Made by a program: the position numbers and the translations under genes. Of a stretch of 64,000 bases of DNA, positions 1 to 12,600 are shown one piece after another (the first letter of the stretch is position 1; every line of letters starts with the position of its first letter). The DNA is from Takakia lepidozioides (lineage: Eukaryota; Plantae; Bryophyta), in assembly GCA_030704615.1 (NCBI GenBank), contig CM060734.1, positions 52,514,001-52,578,000 on the forward strand, given 5' to 3'. The notes under the pieces are model-generated. The model was not told the DNA's origin. It worked only from the letters and a program-made list of their open reading frames with translations, and made no database searches.

Positions 1-134
1 AGTAGATCTTTGGTGTCTGTGGTTCTACAGTCTTTTTATATTCTTGTCTCTCTTGGGCACTTTGGCCCTGTCCCGGTTGTGATAAATCCCTTGCTCTCCC
101 TCCTCCAGTATAACACTTTGTCATCTCTCTACAG

Positions 135-3100
135 GGTTTTCATCAAAAAACTGGTGATGCTGATGAGCAAGGTTTGATGGCAGCTGCCTATGACCCAGCC
201 TACATCCTGCCATTTGCACTGCATGGACTCTCAATAGGGTGCATTGATGCTGATGTATTTGTGCACCAAGGGTTGCTTGCTGTAGCCCTGGCTTCCATCA
301 GCTCTGCCAACGAAATCATGCGGAAGTTGGGCTATGAAATTTTGGCCAAGTTCCTGACTGTCTTGGAGGTAAGCATAGCTGATAGCTTTGTTGAATTGGC
401 TTAGGGTGCCTCATGATCTATTCAGTTAGTGGGGCTCTATCATATGGAGGGCTGTGGGGCCATGCTATTGCTCCCTTTGCTTGCAGGACCTCTGAGTGGC
501 AAAACACCCCAGGTTGCTTTAATATTGGCCAAGCTCTGAATACTATTTCAAGTAGTTTCCATCGGAGAGTTTGCCTGACTGTTGCTCGTGTGCTGACATT
601 CTGATTAGCTTCCTGATAGATGTACTCTTGCAGGAGGGCCCAAGTTTCAAGGGAAGGCCGCAGATTCGACTGCTGTTGACGTATGTTAAAAATGCAATTA
701 CAGAGGCCTGGCAGCGGCTTCCGTTTGTTCTGACACTGTTTGCTGCAGAGGCATCATGCATTTTAATGCATCCTGAAAATGCACTCTATCTGACCATCAC
801 TCGGTACCTTCTTCGTGGGCCTGGCATGGACCTTGAGGTGCCTTTCTCTCGTTGCCTCCCTCTGTCTCCCACCCTACTCTATGCTCTGTTTCCCCCAACT
901 TCTCTCTCCTTGATGTATGTTTTAGTTCTTGGTATGTTCTATCTTGTCCATGGGCCCTTGTGGCCCTTTATGGATGTTAAGAAGCTTCTTTCTTTCTCTC
1001 AATACTCTATCAACAAAACTGCAATTCGATCGGGAGCCATTCTTGGTTCTCTGTGACGATAGGATTGTGCAGCCTAATTACATGTCTGCAGCTCTATCTC
1101 CCTCTCTTCTAAGGGCATTCGGAAATGTTCAGGGTGGGCTCCCACACACTGGATAGAGAATGGTAGGTGGAAAAATCTGCTATGTGAGGATTGATTACTG
1201 CTTGCGGTGGGAAATTGAAAGTGAAGAACATTTCTTCTCTCACTGCCCTCTATTCTTCCTCTTGTCCCATAAGCTCTTTGAGCTTCCTGCGGACGGTACC
1301 ATTTCATTTCTTGCTTGCTTCTACTTCACATGAGCTTGAGTGTACTGAAGCTCCTGTGTGAATTCGCTGTATACTACTGTTCACAAGTGTCCTTGAGTTG
1401 TCTCTATATACGTCTGGTTGCTTCCCTTCTTTACAGTTCCTGGTTAAGCTCAATGACTTTTTGATGGGTGTTGGGTTGCCAGTATGTTCCTCTTTTCCAC
1501 TCAATGTTTGGGAGTGGGTCACCTGGCTACCGAAGTGAGCGGCTGTGGATGCTCCGCCTGCTTGCCTTTGGTTTGGCATCATCTCACGATTTTCAGGTCT
1601 ACCGACGTCAGTTCTTGCTGGAGATCCTAATGAGCTTCTATGGCTCACCTCTAGCTGATACCATCACACGCAAATGGGTGCTGCAGGTGCGTCCTTTCTC
1701 AGTTTTTGATACCAAGCTGGAGACTGGATAACGCTGAAAGAGCAAATAGAAAGTGCCGTAGGTGCCAGCTGTCTGTACGTGGAGGTAGAGGTGCAAGCAA
1801 AAACTACGAACATCATGGCTTGTCCTGAATTGCCAATGAACATCATGGAGAACTCTACTGCTTGAGTAGAATGCAGTGGCTTGCATGGGTTCATGGATGT
1901 CTGTTCTTCATGCTATACAGAATGTAAAATTACTATGGCTTCCAAAAACTGCTGTTTCTAAATCTCTTACTCTTTTCTGACAGGTCCTGAGGAAAGCGGC
2001 AAGGATAGGGTGGTGTGCTCAGGCTCTGGTTGAGCGTGCAGGCTTCCTGCCATGGCTTTCTTTTGCAGCTGTTAATGCTGGAGAAGCTGATACTGGGGTG
2101 AAAGATGGAAGCGAAGCTTGTGACATGGCGGCTATGGTGCTAGAGGTATTTAGCTGTTTTTGAGAATAGCAAACTTCCCCCATGGCCGTTGGTTATGAAT
2201 TCATCACAAGACTTTACCACAGTTAAGCTGTCCTAACCCATCAAAGTTAATGTCCATGCAATTCTTGGAGTAATTATAAGTACTGCAGCAATTTAATGCA
2301 GGAATTTTGTAAATGTCTCTGTGTGATGACGAGAGTTGCTGTTACCCGGGTGGTGGGAGGCTCAGTTCTGGTCTCATTACTGCTGCGCTCATTTCTATCG
2401 AGAAACATTCTTGGTTCTCCGAGATGATAGAATCTTGCGGCCCAATTACCTTTCGGATCTCCTTCTCTCCTGAGGGCATTGGGGCGGTTCAGGGTGGGCT
2501 CCCACAACCTACGGATACAGACTGGCAGATGGGAAAACCTGCAGCGGGAGGACCGCCTATGTCCAGCTTGCATAGGGCGCAACCAGGAAATTGAAATTGA
2601 AGAACACTTCTTCTTCTATTGCCCTCTATACTATGAGATCTGTGGGAGATTCCACTGTCTATTCCTTGGAACCCAATCCCTCACTGAAGTCTTCCACTAT
2701 GAAGATCAGAAATGTTTGGCAGCTTACCTGCATGAGGCACTCACCCTTAGACAATCACTCGAGCAATAGTTTTTATCTTTAGCTCTGGTTTTGTTTCCCC
2801 TCTCGTGTTTTCTTCGATTTTGTCCCATAAGCTCTATGAGCTTTCCGCGGACGTTATAAAGCACCATTTCATTTCATTTCATCTCTTTGGCAAGCAAGGA
2901 AGAATTGACTTTTTGCCAAGAACTTACCATGAATAACAGGTGATTGAGCGTGTATTGAGGTGGAAGGTAGTGGAGCAACGCGGCCTCGCTGAGGGCATGG
3001 AAGAGCTTTCCACAGTTGCCCTTGGGTTGCATCACTTCCTGACCCATGGTTGTGCAAACTGCAAACAGCGTGCGGTCTTTCGAAGGCCCACCCTTCGCAT

Positions 3101-5435
3101 CATGACAACTGTCCTCCACCTCTCACAGAGGAGGAAAAAGCATCAGACACATTTTAGTCTCTCTTTAAATGGCATATGGGAGGTGATCCAATGGGTGGAG
3201 ACTGAAGGCCCAGACATCGGCTTTGGCGTGTCAACCACCCAAGAGACCCAAGCACTCGCCCTGCAGTTGCTTCTTCAGAGTTCACCGCCTGCAGCTGCAA
3301 CGCATGAGGTTTGTCCACCTGTATGTGGTTGTGAAACAGTTGATAAATTTATTGCTATGTCAGTCTGTGACCACTTCTTTTACCTTACTGCTGTCGTGTC
3401 GTGTTTGATCCTGGAGATGTAAGGCTGTCTTTCCTTCGTTGGATATATATGTTGAGTGGTCTTCTCTCATCTGCTGATCATGCTTACGTCTATTTAGTAC
3501 ATCTGATTTGGCATCCCCATCAACAAAAATAGGGTTTGTGTCACTAATGTGTGGCCCCCTCCAAACCCTCTTACTCTTTCTGCATTCACTAATAACAATG
3601 ATATTTTGTACCATTTCAGGACAAGATGTTGCTATTCCGTGTGGCTACCTGGGCAGTAGCAGTTGCAATGCATATGCCGACTATGTTCAATCGTAGTCCG
3701 TACCTAGGACATGGTCAGCAGCAGAAGGTAGGGTATGCTGAAGGAGGTCAGATCTTCCCTGAGAGCATTCCTGAGAAACTTTTGCGCTGGCTAGGAGCTT
3801 CTCTCATCCTTGGAAAGTCAGTGAAGGGCAAAGTGGTGGCAAAAGTTGGTGCACAAAGTCCTGCCACGTGTTGGTCTGTCCTCATAGGCAGCACAACTGT
3901 GACACTGCCAGCAAGTTCTGTTAATGATAAGCTGGCAGGCCTTCTAGTGCAGCTGCACAGGCATGTGGGAATCCAGTCTTCTGGTGGCTCATCGGTTTCA
4001 ATCGTAACTTCATTGGAGGCACTGTGGCCCTTTCGTGGAAGCTTGTCCTCGATAAACAGCGGAAAAGAAGGTTAGTCTTGTAGCATTTGGCCCCAGCCCA
4101 TGTACTGCTTGTAGCACGCTTTTGATCTACACTATTGTAAGCATGAAGTATAATGACTAGTAGTAGAGGTTCACAATGTGCTCGCAAGGGTAAACTGTGT
4201 TAGTTCATTGCCTCCAAAAAGGCTCAAAGGCTGGAACCATACAGCTGCTCCTGTATTTAGATGGAAGAGCTTTGTTGAGTTGGTAAGCTGAGATTGTGCT
4301 ACTCATTTGTGACTATTTGACCAATGGATCAAATCTCAAAATTTCAATGAAAGTTAAGGGCATGTCCGCCAGTTGGATCTTTTTTGGCTTTTTCTCTGGT
4401 TTTTCCAGTTATGTGTTAGGAGTGGGGACAGATGCGTTTGAAATATTGAGAGAGGAAAAGTTAGCCACGGAGAACCATGGCCTCACACCTGCTCCAAAAC
4501 ATAACGGATTGTGCTTGCCAGCTTCTGAGTGGCTGTAGACCATAAATAGCCTAAAGAAAAGGCTACCAGCCCATTATGCCATGGCACCACTGGAAGGAGA
4601 GGGAAGCAGGGAAAATGTTTCTGTTTCTTAGTGAGTAATCAAAATCCATTATGTGAGATCTATGTTGCTTTTGACTTATTCCCATGGCTGCATGTGCATG
4701 ACCTGTGTAGGAGACAAGGCCTTAATTCAGCTTGTCGAAGACCTGGTGCAACTTCTTCTCTCAGATGTCCCTACTCCTGAGGAAACTGATCCAGCCTGGC
4801 GCTGGTGAGGAATTTCTTTACATCTTGTGGAAATGGGAGTCCATGTTTGCCTGTAATCACTGCCTAGTATTGCTGTTACTCCAGCTTGATTTGAAGACAC
4901 TCTCTATGGCAATCAATCAAAGTTCAGTCACATTCCTGTATGGCCATGGATTGTGCTTTGTCAAAGTGTCTCTTGTGCTTGGCCCTAACACAAGTAGTAT
5001 GGGTGGTTCTGGTCATGTCTATGTCATGTAGCTGTAGCATGTATAATCGGACCTGAATAATTAAGCTCTCTTCAGGTCAGTTAGCATCATCCATTTTCTC
5101 AAATGTTGTGTCATCAACTTGATGTGTGTGACAGGTCATACAACAGTCCGTGGAAATGCCAACAAATTCTAGCTGGTGAACTACCAGTGCAATCCTTGTA
5201 CCAAGTCGAGGTAAACCAGGCGATACTTGCTGTGTTTGAGCAGCTTTTGGTGGGGTTCTCCCAATCCCATTTGTTTCACCTCATCTCCAAGTGGAAGGCA
5301 GCGCTGGTTGATACTTCTAAGGAAGTTCAAATCAATAACAATGGAAGGAAGGTTTCAGGGGCCATGAATCGCCTTCAATGGAAAGTTCATGACATGCTAC
5401 AAAGATCCTCTGCTGTCGAAAATTTCCAAGCTTGA
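135..5435 (+). CDS. URB1: Nucleolar pre-ribosomal-associated protein 1 (URB1/NPA1), 3' part; exons approx. 135-368, 634-837, 1483-1686, 1984-2145, 2940-3308, 3620-4070, 4711-4804, 5135-5435; 5' part lies outside the window
   Basis: AG/GT-bounded exons join in frame. They give YDPAYILPF..GLLAVALASISS..MRKLGY, IRLLLTYVKNAITEAWQRLP..FAAEASCILMHP, VPLFHSMFGSGS..RSERLWMLRLL (NopRA1 region) and the C-terminal PAWRWSY..PWK typical of plant URB1 homologues. Confidence 0.88.
1020..1310 (+). mobile_element. Non-LTR retrotransposon (RTE-X-like) 3' fragment, internally deleted, in a URB1 intron
   Basis: Homologous to 2390-2885: shares TTCTTGGTTCTC..GATAG, GTTCAGGGTGGGCTCCCACA and TGTCCCATAAGCTCT..GCGGACG, and ends in a CATTT tail. 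Confidence 0.7.
2345..2885 (+). mobile_element. Non-LTR retrotransposon (RTE-X-like) 5'-truncated copy in a URB1 intron
   Basis: ORF 2479-2769 has RFRVGSHNLRIQTGRW..RLCPAC..EEHFFFYCPLY, the C-terminal CCHC region of a LINE ORF2. It is followed by a short 3' UTR and a (CATTT)3 tail. The 5' boundary is approximate. Confidence 0.8.
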
Positions 5436-5783
5436 TCATGCACAAAAGTGCAACTGTTTTTCAAGAACCCCTGGCCCTCTGCCATTCTCTAGTGCAAGGA
5501 ATTGAGATTTAAGTCACTTCATGTCTGTAATAAAGCAAATGAGAGTTTGGTACACCACTTTTTAAAGTGAAAAGGCTGTGATTATCAAACATTGTCTGGA
5601 TTGTACATATAAATTGTCAGCTATACAATGCCCAAAGGTACATACCCAAGCCAAATTTCATACCAAAAGTCTGCAGCCTTTCTCAACTACCTTACCTCTC
5701 CCCCTGGGCCAAAAATTCCTACATTGATCCAACACATGACAGACATGGACACACTATCAACAGGTCAAAATTGATAAAGGAGA

Positions 5784-8153
5784 TCATTGGGTTGCCCACA
5801 CCTCCTTAAGCAGCTGGTAGCGCCTGGCAACCCCGGACTCTTCCCTCTTTTTTTTTTTCCCATTAATGGGCAACTCACTGCTGTAATAGGGTTTACCCAG
5901 ACTATATTGCAACAACACAAGGGGATTTTGATATTCCTCCAATTCGTCGTCACTGGTGTACCCCTTCCGCAAAAGTGACGAGGTACTCAAGCCTGACGGA
6001 GAAGCTCCAGGGGAATCCCCAATCCACAGCCTGACTAAATGTGAGGAAGGTGGGGTGTAGGTCACTGGAGGCACACGTGCTATGACATGGTGTGTGTCTG
6101 CCTCACCTTGTTTTTTGGTTTCCATTGACAACTCAGTATCAATGCCGGCCAAAAGGGCAGGTGACACAGGATCTGGAGAGAACTCATCAGGCACAAAATT
6201 ACACAAGACTCGACGCATCAGGGGTAAGCTCAGGCCTGGACAAACCTCTTTCCTCATATCTTTGTCCAAGAGAATTTCCTTAGGCAGCATCAAAAGATCA
6301 CCTGTGGCTTTGAGCAGACTAAAACGAACTGGCTCTTCGTCCACTGCATTCTCAGGCTGTGATGCATTGCCATCTCCATTGATGGATTCGGCAATGCTTG
6401 GGTCTTTGAAACTGACGAGGGCCGAGATCCATGTTGACCAATTCACTACCACATTCTTCAGTTGAGAGCCAGCGCCGAATGTAAGGCCCCCAATGGGAAT
6501 AGGAAGGACCAAAATGTTGGTGATTGGATCTGCAAGGGGTTCTGTAGGAGAATCATCCTGTGGATCGCGCACAATCCCATTGAACATAGCAACGTCCAGC
6601 CTCTCCACACACTCTTCAATTATCATTCTCTTTAGCACTGGGAGGCAGCCACATTCGTGACCCTCTCCGTGAAGAGGACAAAGGCGTTTCAAAGCATCTG
6701 TGAAAGCCCTCTTCCATATCTCCACAGAGATATTTCCCTGGCGGGTATCTCCTAGCTTGTGAAGGTTGGAATCCACTTTTTCCTTGGCGAAAAGTTCTTG
6801 TCCACCGGCAGGCCACTCATCCAACTCGTTCTTGACCTTACTTGCAGACTTGTTCCACTCTTCCTTCGCATCTCCATGGAGAGGGTTGCCTACAGGCAGG
6901 ATTCCTCCAATCTGCATTGGGGGGGTCATTGCCTGCCACCAGACAGACTCCAAGACCCTTGCGTGAATCCATGCTTCAATGCTCAAAAGTGCACTGACAA
7001 AGGTGCTGCATTCTCGCCAATCCGTCTTCAATCCGTTTGGGATCAACACATGGCTGCTGTCATTCGAGGACAGACTTTTTCTTAGCTGTTGGGATCGTAA
7101 TGCTCGAGCAGCAAAGCCATTGCTATTTGGACTGTTAATGGAAGTACCGCTCTCTGCCTCCGCACTGGCAGCTGCGAGTTCAACATCACACACCTGACCG
7201 ATGGTTTCTCTAAGAACAACCACATTGGACCACCAGTATATCAACCTTGGAATATCATTTCCACATGCTCGTATAACCAAAATCAATCCGGATACGGAGT
7301 TCCAGGCCGAGCTTGCTCGTCTCTCTGGGCTCCAGTTCTTGAATGCATGTAAGTAAAGCCTTGCCAGGCGGCGGGCAGGCGTGTGAACCTTATGGGAAGA
7401 GCTCCCATGCTCAGCTACTACAGAATACAAAGCCACCTCGATGGCTGCTGAGTCCCTGAGTTCATCTTCCAGCTTTAGTACCTTCTCCTCAAGATGCCGA
7501 GCTCTTTCCTCTAACTTCTTTTCAGCAGAAGCAGCTTTAGCCTGTGCAGCTGCAGCTTTCCAGTGGTCAATTGTTCTTTTCTCGACCATAGCAAACTTTG
7601 CCCTAGCTTCACCTAGCACACTCCTAATACCCACCTCATCCTCGTCATCGTTTTCAACAAACCTCTTCTCTTCTTGCGCCTCCGGATCTTTCCTGGGATC
7701 TGCCTCCTTCTTTTCGACTGTCTCTTTGCGCCCACCCTTCAAGCCGACCAGCTCCCTTTCTGAAATTCCCGCACGAAGGCCGGTGCTCTTTATTGTGAGA
7801 GAAGGTTTCCGAGATGTAGACGACGATGATGAAGAGGGCTTTCGGGCTCCAGTGGCAGGAGATTGAGCCCCTCTCGGATTTGTTGGGGTCCTCGAGCCAT
7901 TGGAGGAGGGGAAGGCATCTGCGTCCCTGCTCTTCTCCGCTGGTTCCTTGCGCCCATCCTTGAACCCCGTGGGCTCCTTCTCTGAGCTTGCTGCACGATA
8001 CACTGAGCTCTTCATAATGTGCAAAGATGGCGTCGGAAATGTAGAAGACTCGGCAGGTGAAGAGGCCTTTCGTGATCCGACAACAGGCGATTGAGCCCCT
8101 TCGGGGCTTGCTGGGCTTCTAGAACCATTCGAGCCCGGGGACAATGCAGGCAT
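5784..8153 (-). CDS. Intronless 789-aa plant protein of the 'gar2-related / NT-C2-associated dilute-like domain' family, lacking the NT-C2 domain
   Basis: Motifs ELRDSAAIEVALYSVVAEHGSSSHKVHTPARRLARLY, RACGNDIPRLIYWWSN, RLCP..HECGCLPVL, RLDVAMFNGIVR, FGAGSQLKN, FVPDEFSPDPV, RKGYTSDDEL and RYQLLKEVW. An in-frame TGA lies immediately upstream of the ATG. Confidence 0.85.
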   Translation of the reverse strand: MPALSPGSNGSRSPASPEGAQSPVVGSRKASSPAESSTFPTPSLHIMKSSVYRAASSEKEPTGFKDGRKEPAEKSRDADAFPSSNGSRTPTNPRGAQSPATGARKPSSSSSSTSRKPSLTIKSTGLRAGISERELVGLKGGRKETVEKKEADPRKDPEAQEEKRFVENDDEDEVGIRSVLGEARAKFAMVEKRTIDHWKAAAAQAKAASAEKKLEERARHLEEKVLKLEDELRDSAAIEVALYSVVAEHGSSSHKVHTPARRLARLYLHAFKNWSPERRASSAWNSVSGLILVIRACGNDIPRLIYWWSNVVVLRETIGQVCDVELAAASAEAESGTSINSPNSNGFAARALRSQQLRKSLSSNDSSHVLIPNGLKTDWRECSTFVSALLSIEAWIHARVLESVWWQAMTPPMQIGGILPVGNPLHGDAKEEWNKSASKVKNELDEWPAGGQELFAKEKVDSNLHKLGDTRQGNISVEIWKRAFTDALKRLCPLHGEGHECGCLPVLKRMIIEECVERLDVAMFNGIVRDPQDDSPTEPLADPITNILVLPIPIGGLTFGAGSQLKNVVVNWSTWISALVSFKDPSIAESINGDGNASQPENAVDEEPVRFSLLKATGDLLMLPKEILLDKDMRKEVCPGLSLPLMRRVLCNFVPDEFSPDPVSPALLAGIDTELSMETKKQGEADTHHVIARVPPVTYTPPSSHLVRLWIGDSPGASPSGLSTSSLLRKGYTSDDELEEYQNPLVLLQYSLGKPYYSSELPINGKKKKREESGVARRYQLLKEVWATQ

Positions 8154-9645
8154 TCAAACTCTTCTGTGCATGTGTCTGCATTCTCTGAGCTTTCGGTGCT
8201 CCACCCGAGACTGGTAAAGTAACAACAGATGCAAAGGAGCTGATATGAACGTAACCCAGCTTTAAAGGACTAGCGCATTGATCCACCGTGCCACCCGCGA
8301 TCCCCTGGCCCTTGCTCTGCGTGTGAAGGCCATCTTCTCTTTATGAGCTTTCTCCCGTAGAGATGCTTTGACCTCTATGAACATGACACCTATGCGTCAT
8401 TAGCGCCCTTCTCTTTTTGGAAAGACTCTCTCTTATAGATAGCTGCTGCAGTGCTGCATGTGCCTCTTATACCACCGTTAAAGAGCTTGTTGTGTTCCCT
8501 GCACTCTGAGAGCCTGACCGTGTGAGCCATAGTTGTAAACAACAAGAACATCTTACTCTTTTCCTTCGAAGAGAGGGGGCGCATATGGAGGGGCCTAGTT
8601 GCCTAATGAACGGTGCATCGCAATCCTGGTCTGGAGCTTCTTCAACGGCTCCCATAGATTTGTTTAAAACAACCTCCCATGAGGCTCAGGTCTTTATGTC
8701 GAATTCAGACAGGGCGGTTGAAGTGGAGACTTGCATGTGTAGAAGACAAGTGCCATCCAAGTTCGGATCATCCCTAATTTTAAGTGCTCAAGAGAGCATG
8801 TGGGCTGCCAGATTGCATTGACCATTCTAGGTACATTTGGTCCCGATCAATGCCTCCCCTTGGTGTGGCACGATTCTGTTGTACATGAAATGCCCATCGA
8901 GCACAAGAACATGAATTAATGTTGGCCCAACACCCTCGAGCTTTTAGTTTACAACAATGTGCCTCCATAGGTAGACAGAGGTTCTCGTTGCTTTGATTCT
9001 TTGTCCACGAGGTAGGCCTTCAGAAGAATGTACTTTCAATACACCCACCACACCTCATTCATGACTTGATTCTTAGAGGATGCTCACCATTAGTGCCCCA
9101 AAACACAAGCAATATGGAACCCAATCAACAAGCTCCCGACCTCTGAGACCTGCACTTGGCGGCGTGGCTTCTGTGCACCTTGCTAACTCAATAAGGCCTC
9201 CTAAGATTGTCTATAGAGCTGAACCAATAATGTGCAACATGCAATCATTCTAGATTTGGAGCAATCCCATCAAAGAATGTAGCAATCCAATTGAGTGGTA
9301 AATACACATGAAAGTTGTAGATCCCTTGATAGCCCAGGATAGATCTTCAGGCACCTTCAACCTGAAAAGAGCACCCAACTCTATTGGTCCCTCACTGTGG
9401 ACGTCGTCTCATGCCTTTGTCAGGCAGTTGGGCATCCTTACAGCCTACCTAGTATCAGGCCACCACCAGGGAGACCTTTGCGCGCTGCTGGGCTGTCTGA
9501 CCGTCAGTGCACAGGGTTACACCATGCACAGCTTTCCCTGCATTGTCCCATTCCTCACAAGTGCGATGGGAGCACCTGAGGTACCAAGACAAACCTGACC
9601 TGTGGTCACCCAGCAAGAACTCATATGTAGAGATATGCACCAGGG

Positions 9646-12600
9646 TCAGAGCTTTTTGGGAGCACCAGCATTTAGGGTGTTACAGGCAACACCAAATCGC
9701 TCCTCATTCATGTAGAAGTAAACTTCCCGTGGTGATAGTATGCGAATTCCCCGGACCGAGATCACAAACTCACTGATATCAACCACCCATTGAAGAGAGA
9801 AGAGACATTAGAATCCCCTCTTATATCCTGCTAGTACATATGTGTTGTTGTATATTTCATATTGTGCTTATGCGTTATGCTCATGGGAATCTTGCAGGGA
9901 GTTCCACAAGCTCACAAAATAGACCAATGTGAAGCAATATTGGCTTTCTGCTACGAGTGCAATTCTCAGGGGAGAGACACCAGACATTCAATACGAAGAC
10001 CATAATCCAAAGTTAAAACCAAACACTGCTGTGGGCCAAGAAATAGATTAACATCCACTCCCACAATATCATCTCAGTGTTGTTGCCTCCTGAAAAATTG
10101 CAAGCTTCCTGATTTTCCATACAAACGTGAGAACCCTAGTTAGACAATATCCGGTGGCCGGAGTCACTTCACTTGGAGTGCATGTGGACATGTCCAGCAC
10201 AGCTTGTGCTCCTGAGACAAGGATCTGTGAATCAACTCCTAGCCACACCCTGACTTGAAACTTTAGGTAGAAAGAGCTTCAAGCCTTTGACCATTCATAG
10301 CAAGCTGTGCTCGCCACTACAGCAATATTGCTGCAGGGACCCTACAAGTATTTCTTAGGGATCCGCAGTAATACAACTGCTGGCGGCCATCCTCTGAGGA
10401 CTCACACAATCCACAGAATCTTTTTCTCATGTAAGGAAAGGTGCGGAGTGATGGAAAGAAACGTACTCCCAAGGATCATCCCCCACAAGGAGGAGATCAT
10501 TCTCATTGTCCAAGAACACTAGTTGCCACCCCATCTTCTGGTCCAGTTGGCCCTCCAGCCCAAACATGCATGCAAGCTCACACCGGAGATCTGTATAGTT
10601 ACTAAACCGCGTCACATCCAGGGCCCGTGTTATCGACCCCAGCTTGTACACCTAGCAGCTCCCCACCCAGCACAGCCATAATAAATCAAGACCCAGCAGC
10701 CCTTTGCCTATCTGGAAGTTGGTGCTGTAGCGCTCCAGTTTTTATTTTCTTCCGTAACTTCAAGATGGGAAATATAAAATGTTGTCATGACCAGCCTAGC
10801 CCAGAAGAAAAATGCATACCTTGGTGTAGCTTCTGACAGGCTTTGGCAGAGAGGCCATGCCTTGCTGCAGGAACACACCATCATCCAGGATACGATTGAC
10901 CAATATAGGCGGGTTCAACAAAAGCTCTGCCCCAGCACTTGATGAAGCCAAGTAAGGCCCCGCAAGCAGCTGCCGTCCACGATTTAATTTGGTCTGAGGA
11001 TGGCATTTTCCAAGCCCGGGTGATGAAGGTACACACCCCCTTGAGATCCCCAATGTGCCCACTCTAGAACCGCCCAATGCCATGGGACCGTAGCAATTGA
11101 AATGATATTGCAAATCTTGCTCATGAGGCCTATCCCTGTAAACCTCTGGGACCTGGTTGGGTTGTGTGGGCAGAGCAATGAGCCCCTGGTGAGTGCCAAA
11201 GTCACTGTGACAGGAAGACAAACCGGAGTTGCCCAGCTGAGACCCTGGCATTGAAGGCACGTCCATTCTTTTCAAAATAGTAGTGCTGGCAACTGGCTGA
11301 ATCTCTGTGTATATGGCAGGATCCTGCATGGGGGGGTACCAAGGCGAAGACACCTGCAGCAGTGTCTCCCTTCTTCCCTAAGACCTTCTTTCAAGGATTC
11401 AATACTACATACTTAAATGTTATCAGTGGAGAATGCAATCAACCTATGTCAGACAATTGGCTTGAACCATAGTTGCATCTTCACACACAGAATGATGCTA
11501 ATATTTAGGAGATATGTATGCAAAACTTTCAAATTAGAAGTGTCTTTAATTTGTTGACCACTAACTCCTCAGTTACAAAGTGAGCAGACAAATTGGCCCT
11601 TCTTATCTTGCCCAGATGAATTGATGCGTAAGTAATTTTCCTCATTCTGAAGGTTTTGTGTGAGCCTTCCTACTTGATTCTAGGAAAAACTGCCTGTTAT
11701 GTCTCCTTAGAACCAGCCTATTCCAGTATTACTAGAATAGCATTCTTGAGGAACTGACCTGATTGTCCTTCAGCATGAGGCTGTTTCCCCCTGGAAGCCC
11801 TGCTTGGTGTTGAGACAGCCCAGGTTGGGTTGTGCACAGCAATCTTGAATATGATTGGTCATTGACGTCCATGTCCAGTAGCTGCAGTGGGGTGGTGCAC
11901 GGCTGGGCATGCAACTTACCAGAATCATTTTGTAAGGATGGGAAAGGACTAGAAGAAGAAGATGTTGGGGAGCCATGCACATCAGTTTCTGTGTACAATG
12001 GTGGGGTACGTATCAAAGGAGGTGGTAATTGGAGTGGAGATGGATGGTGATGACTGGGCAAGAGCTCATGGATTGACCCAGCAGATGTCTCAATTAAAGG
12101 AATCTGCTGCATTGTATGGAAGGAAGTTGGCTCCTGCTGTGTATATTTCGTTTGCTGATGGAGTTGTGGTTGGTAGAAATGATTGGATGATTCGATACCC
12201 CGGTGATCCTGCAAAGTTGATATCATGGAAGTCTGATACGGATCTCATGTGTGCAGACTCAGGATACTAGACAGCAGGAAGTGGGAACAGAGGGCCATAA
12301 TTACTACCTCAGTCACTGCTTCCTTCATCAATACATATGCAAAGGTAAGTATGATAGTCAATAACCGAAGGAGCTGCATAGCTAAATTGCCGGCACACAA
12401 AACAGACTGCGTCTCAAAACCTTTCAAACTCCTGAAGATGTAATAGACTCTGTTGTTACTCTCTCTCTCTCTGTTTCCTTGAGTACATTCTCTCTGTTTC
12501 CTTGTTTGTGGCACATTTAGAATCATCTCATCAGCTATTTGAGTTTCCTATGATAATTAATATGTTCTTTTCATCTTTTCTAAGATAGTCATATATACCT

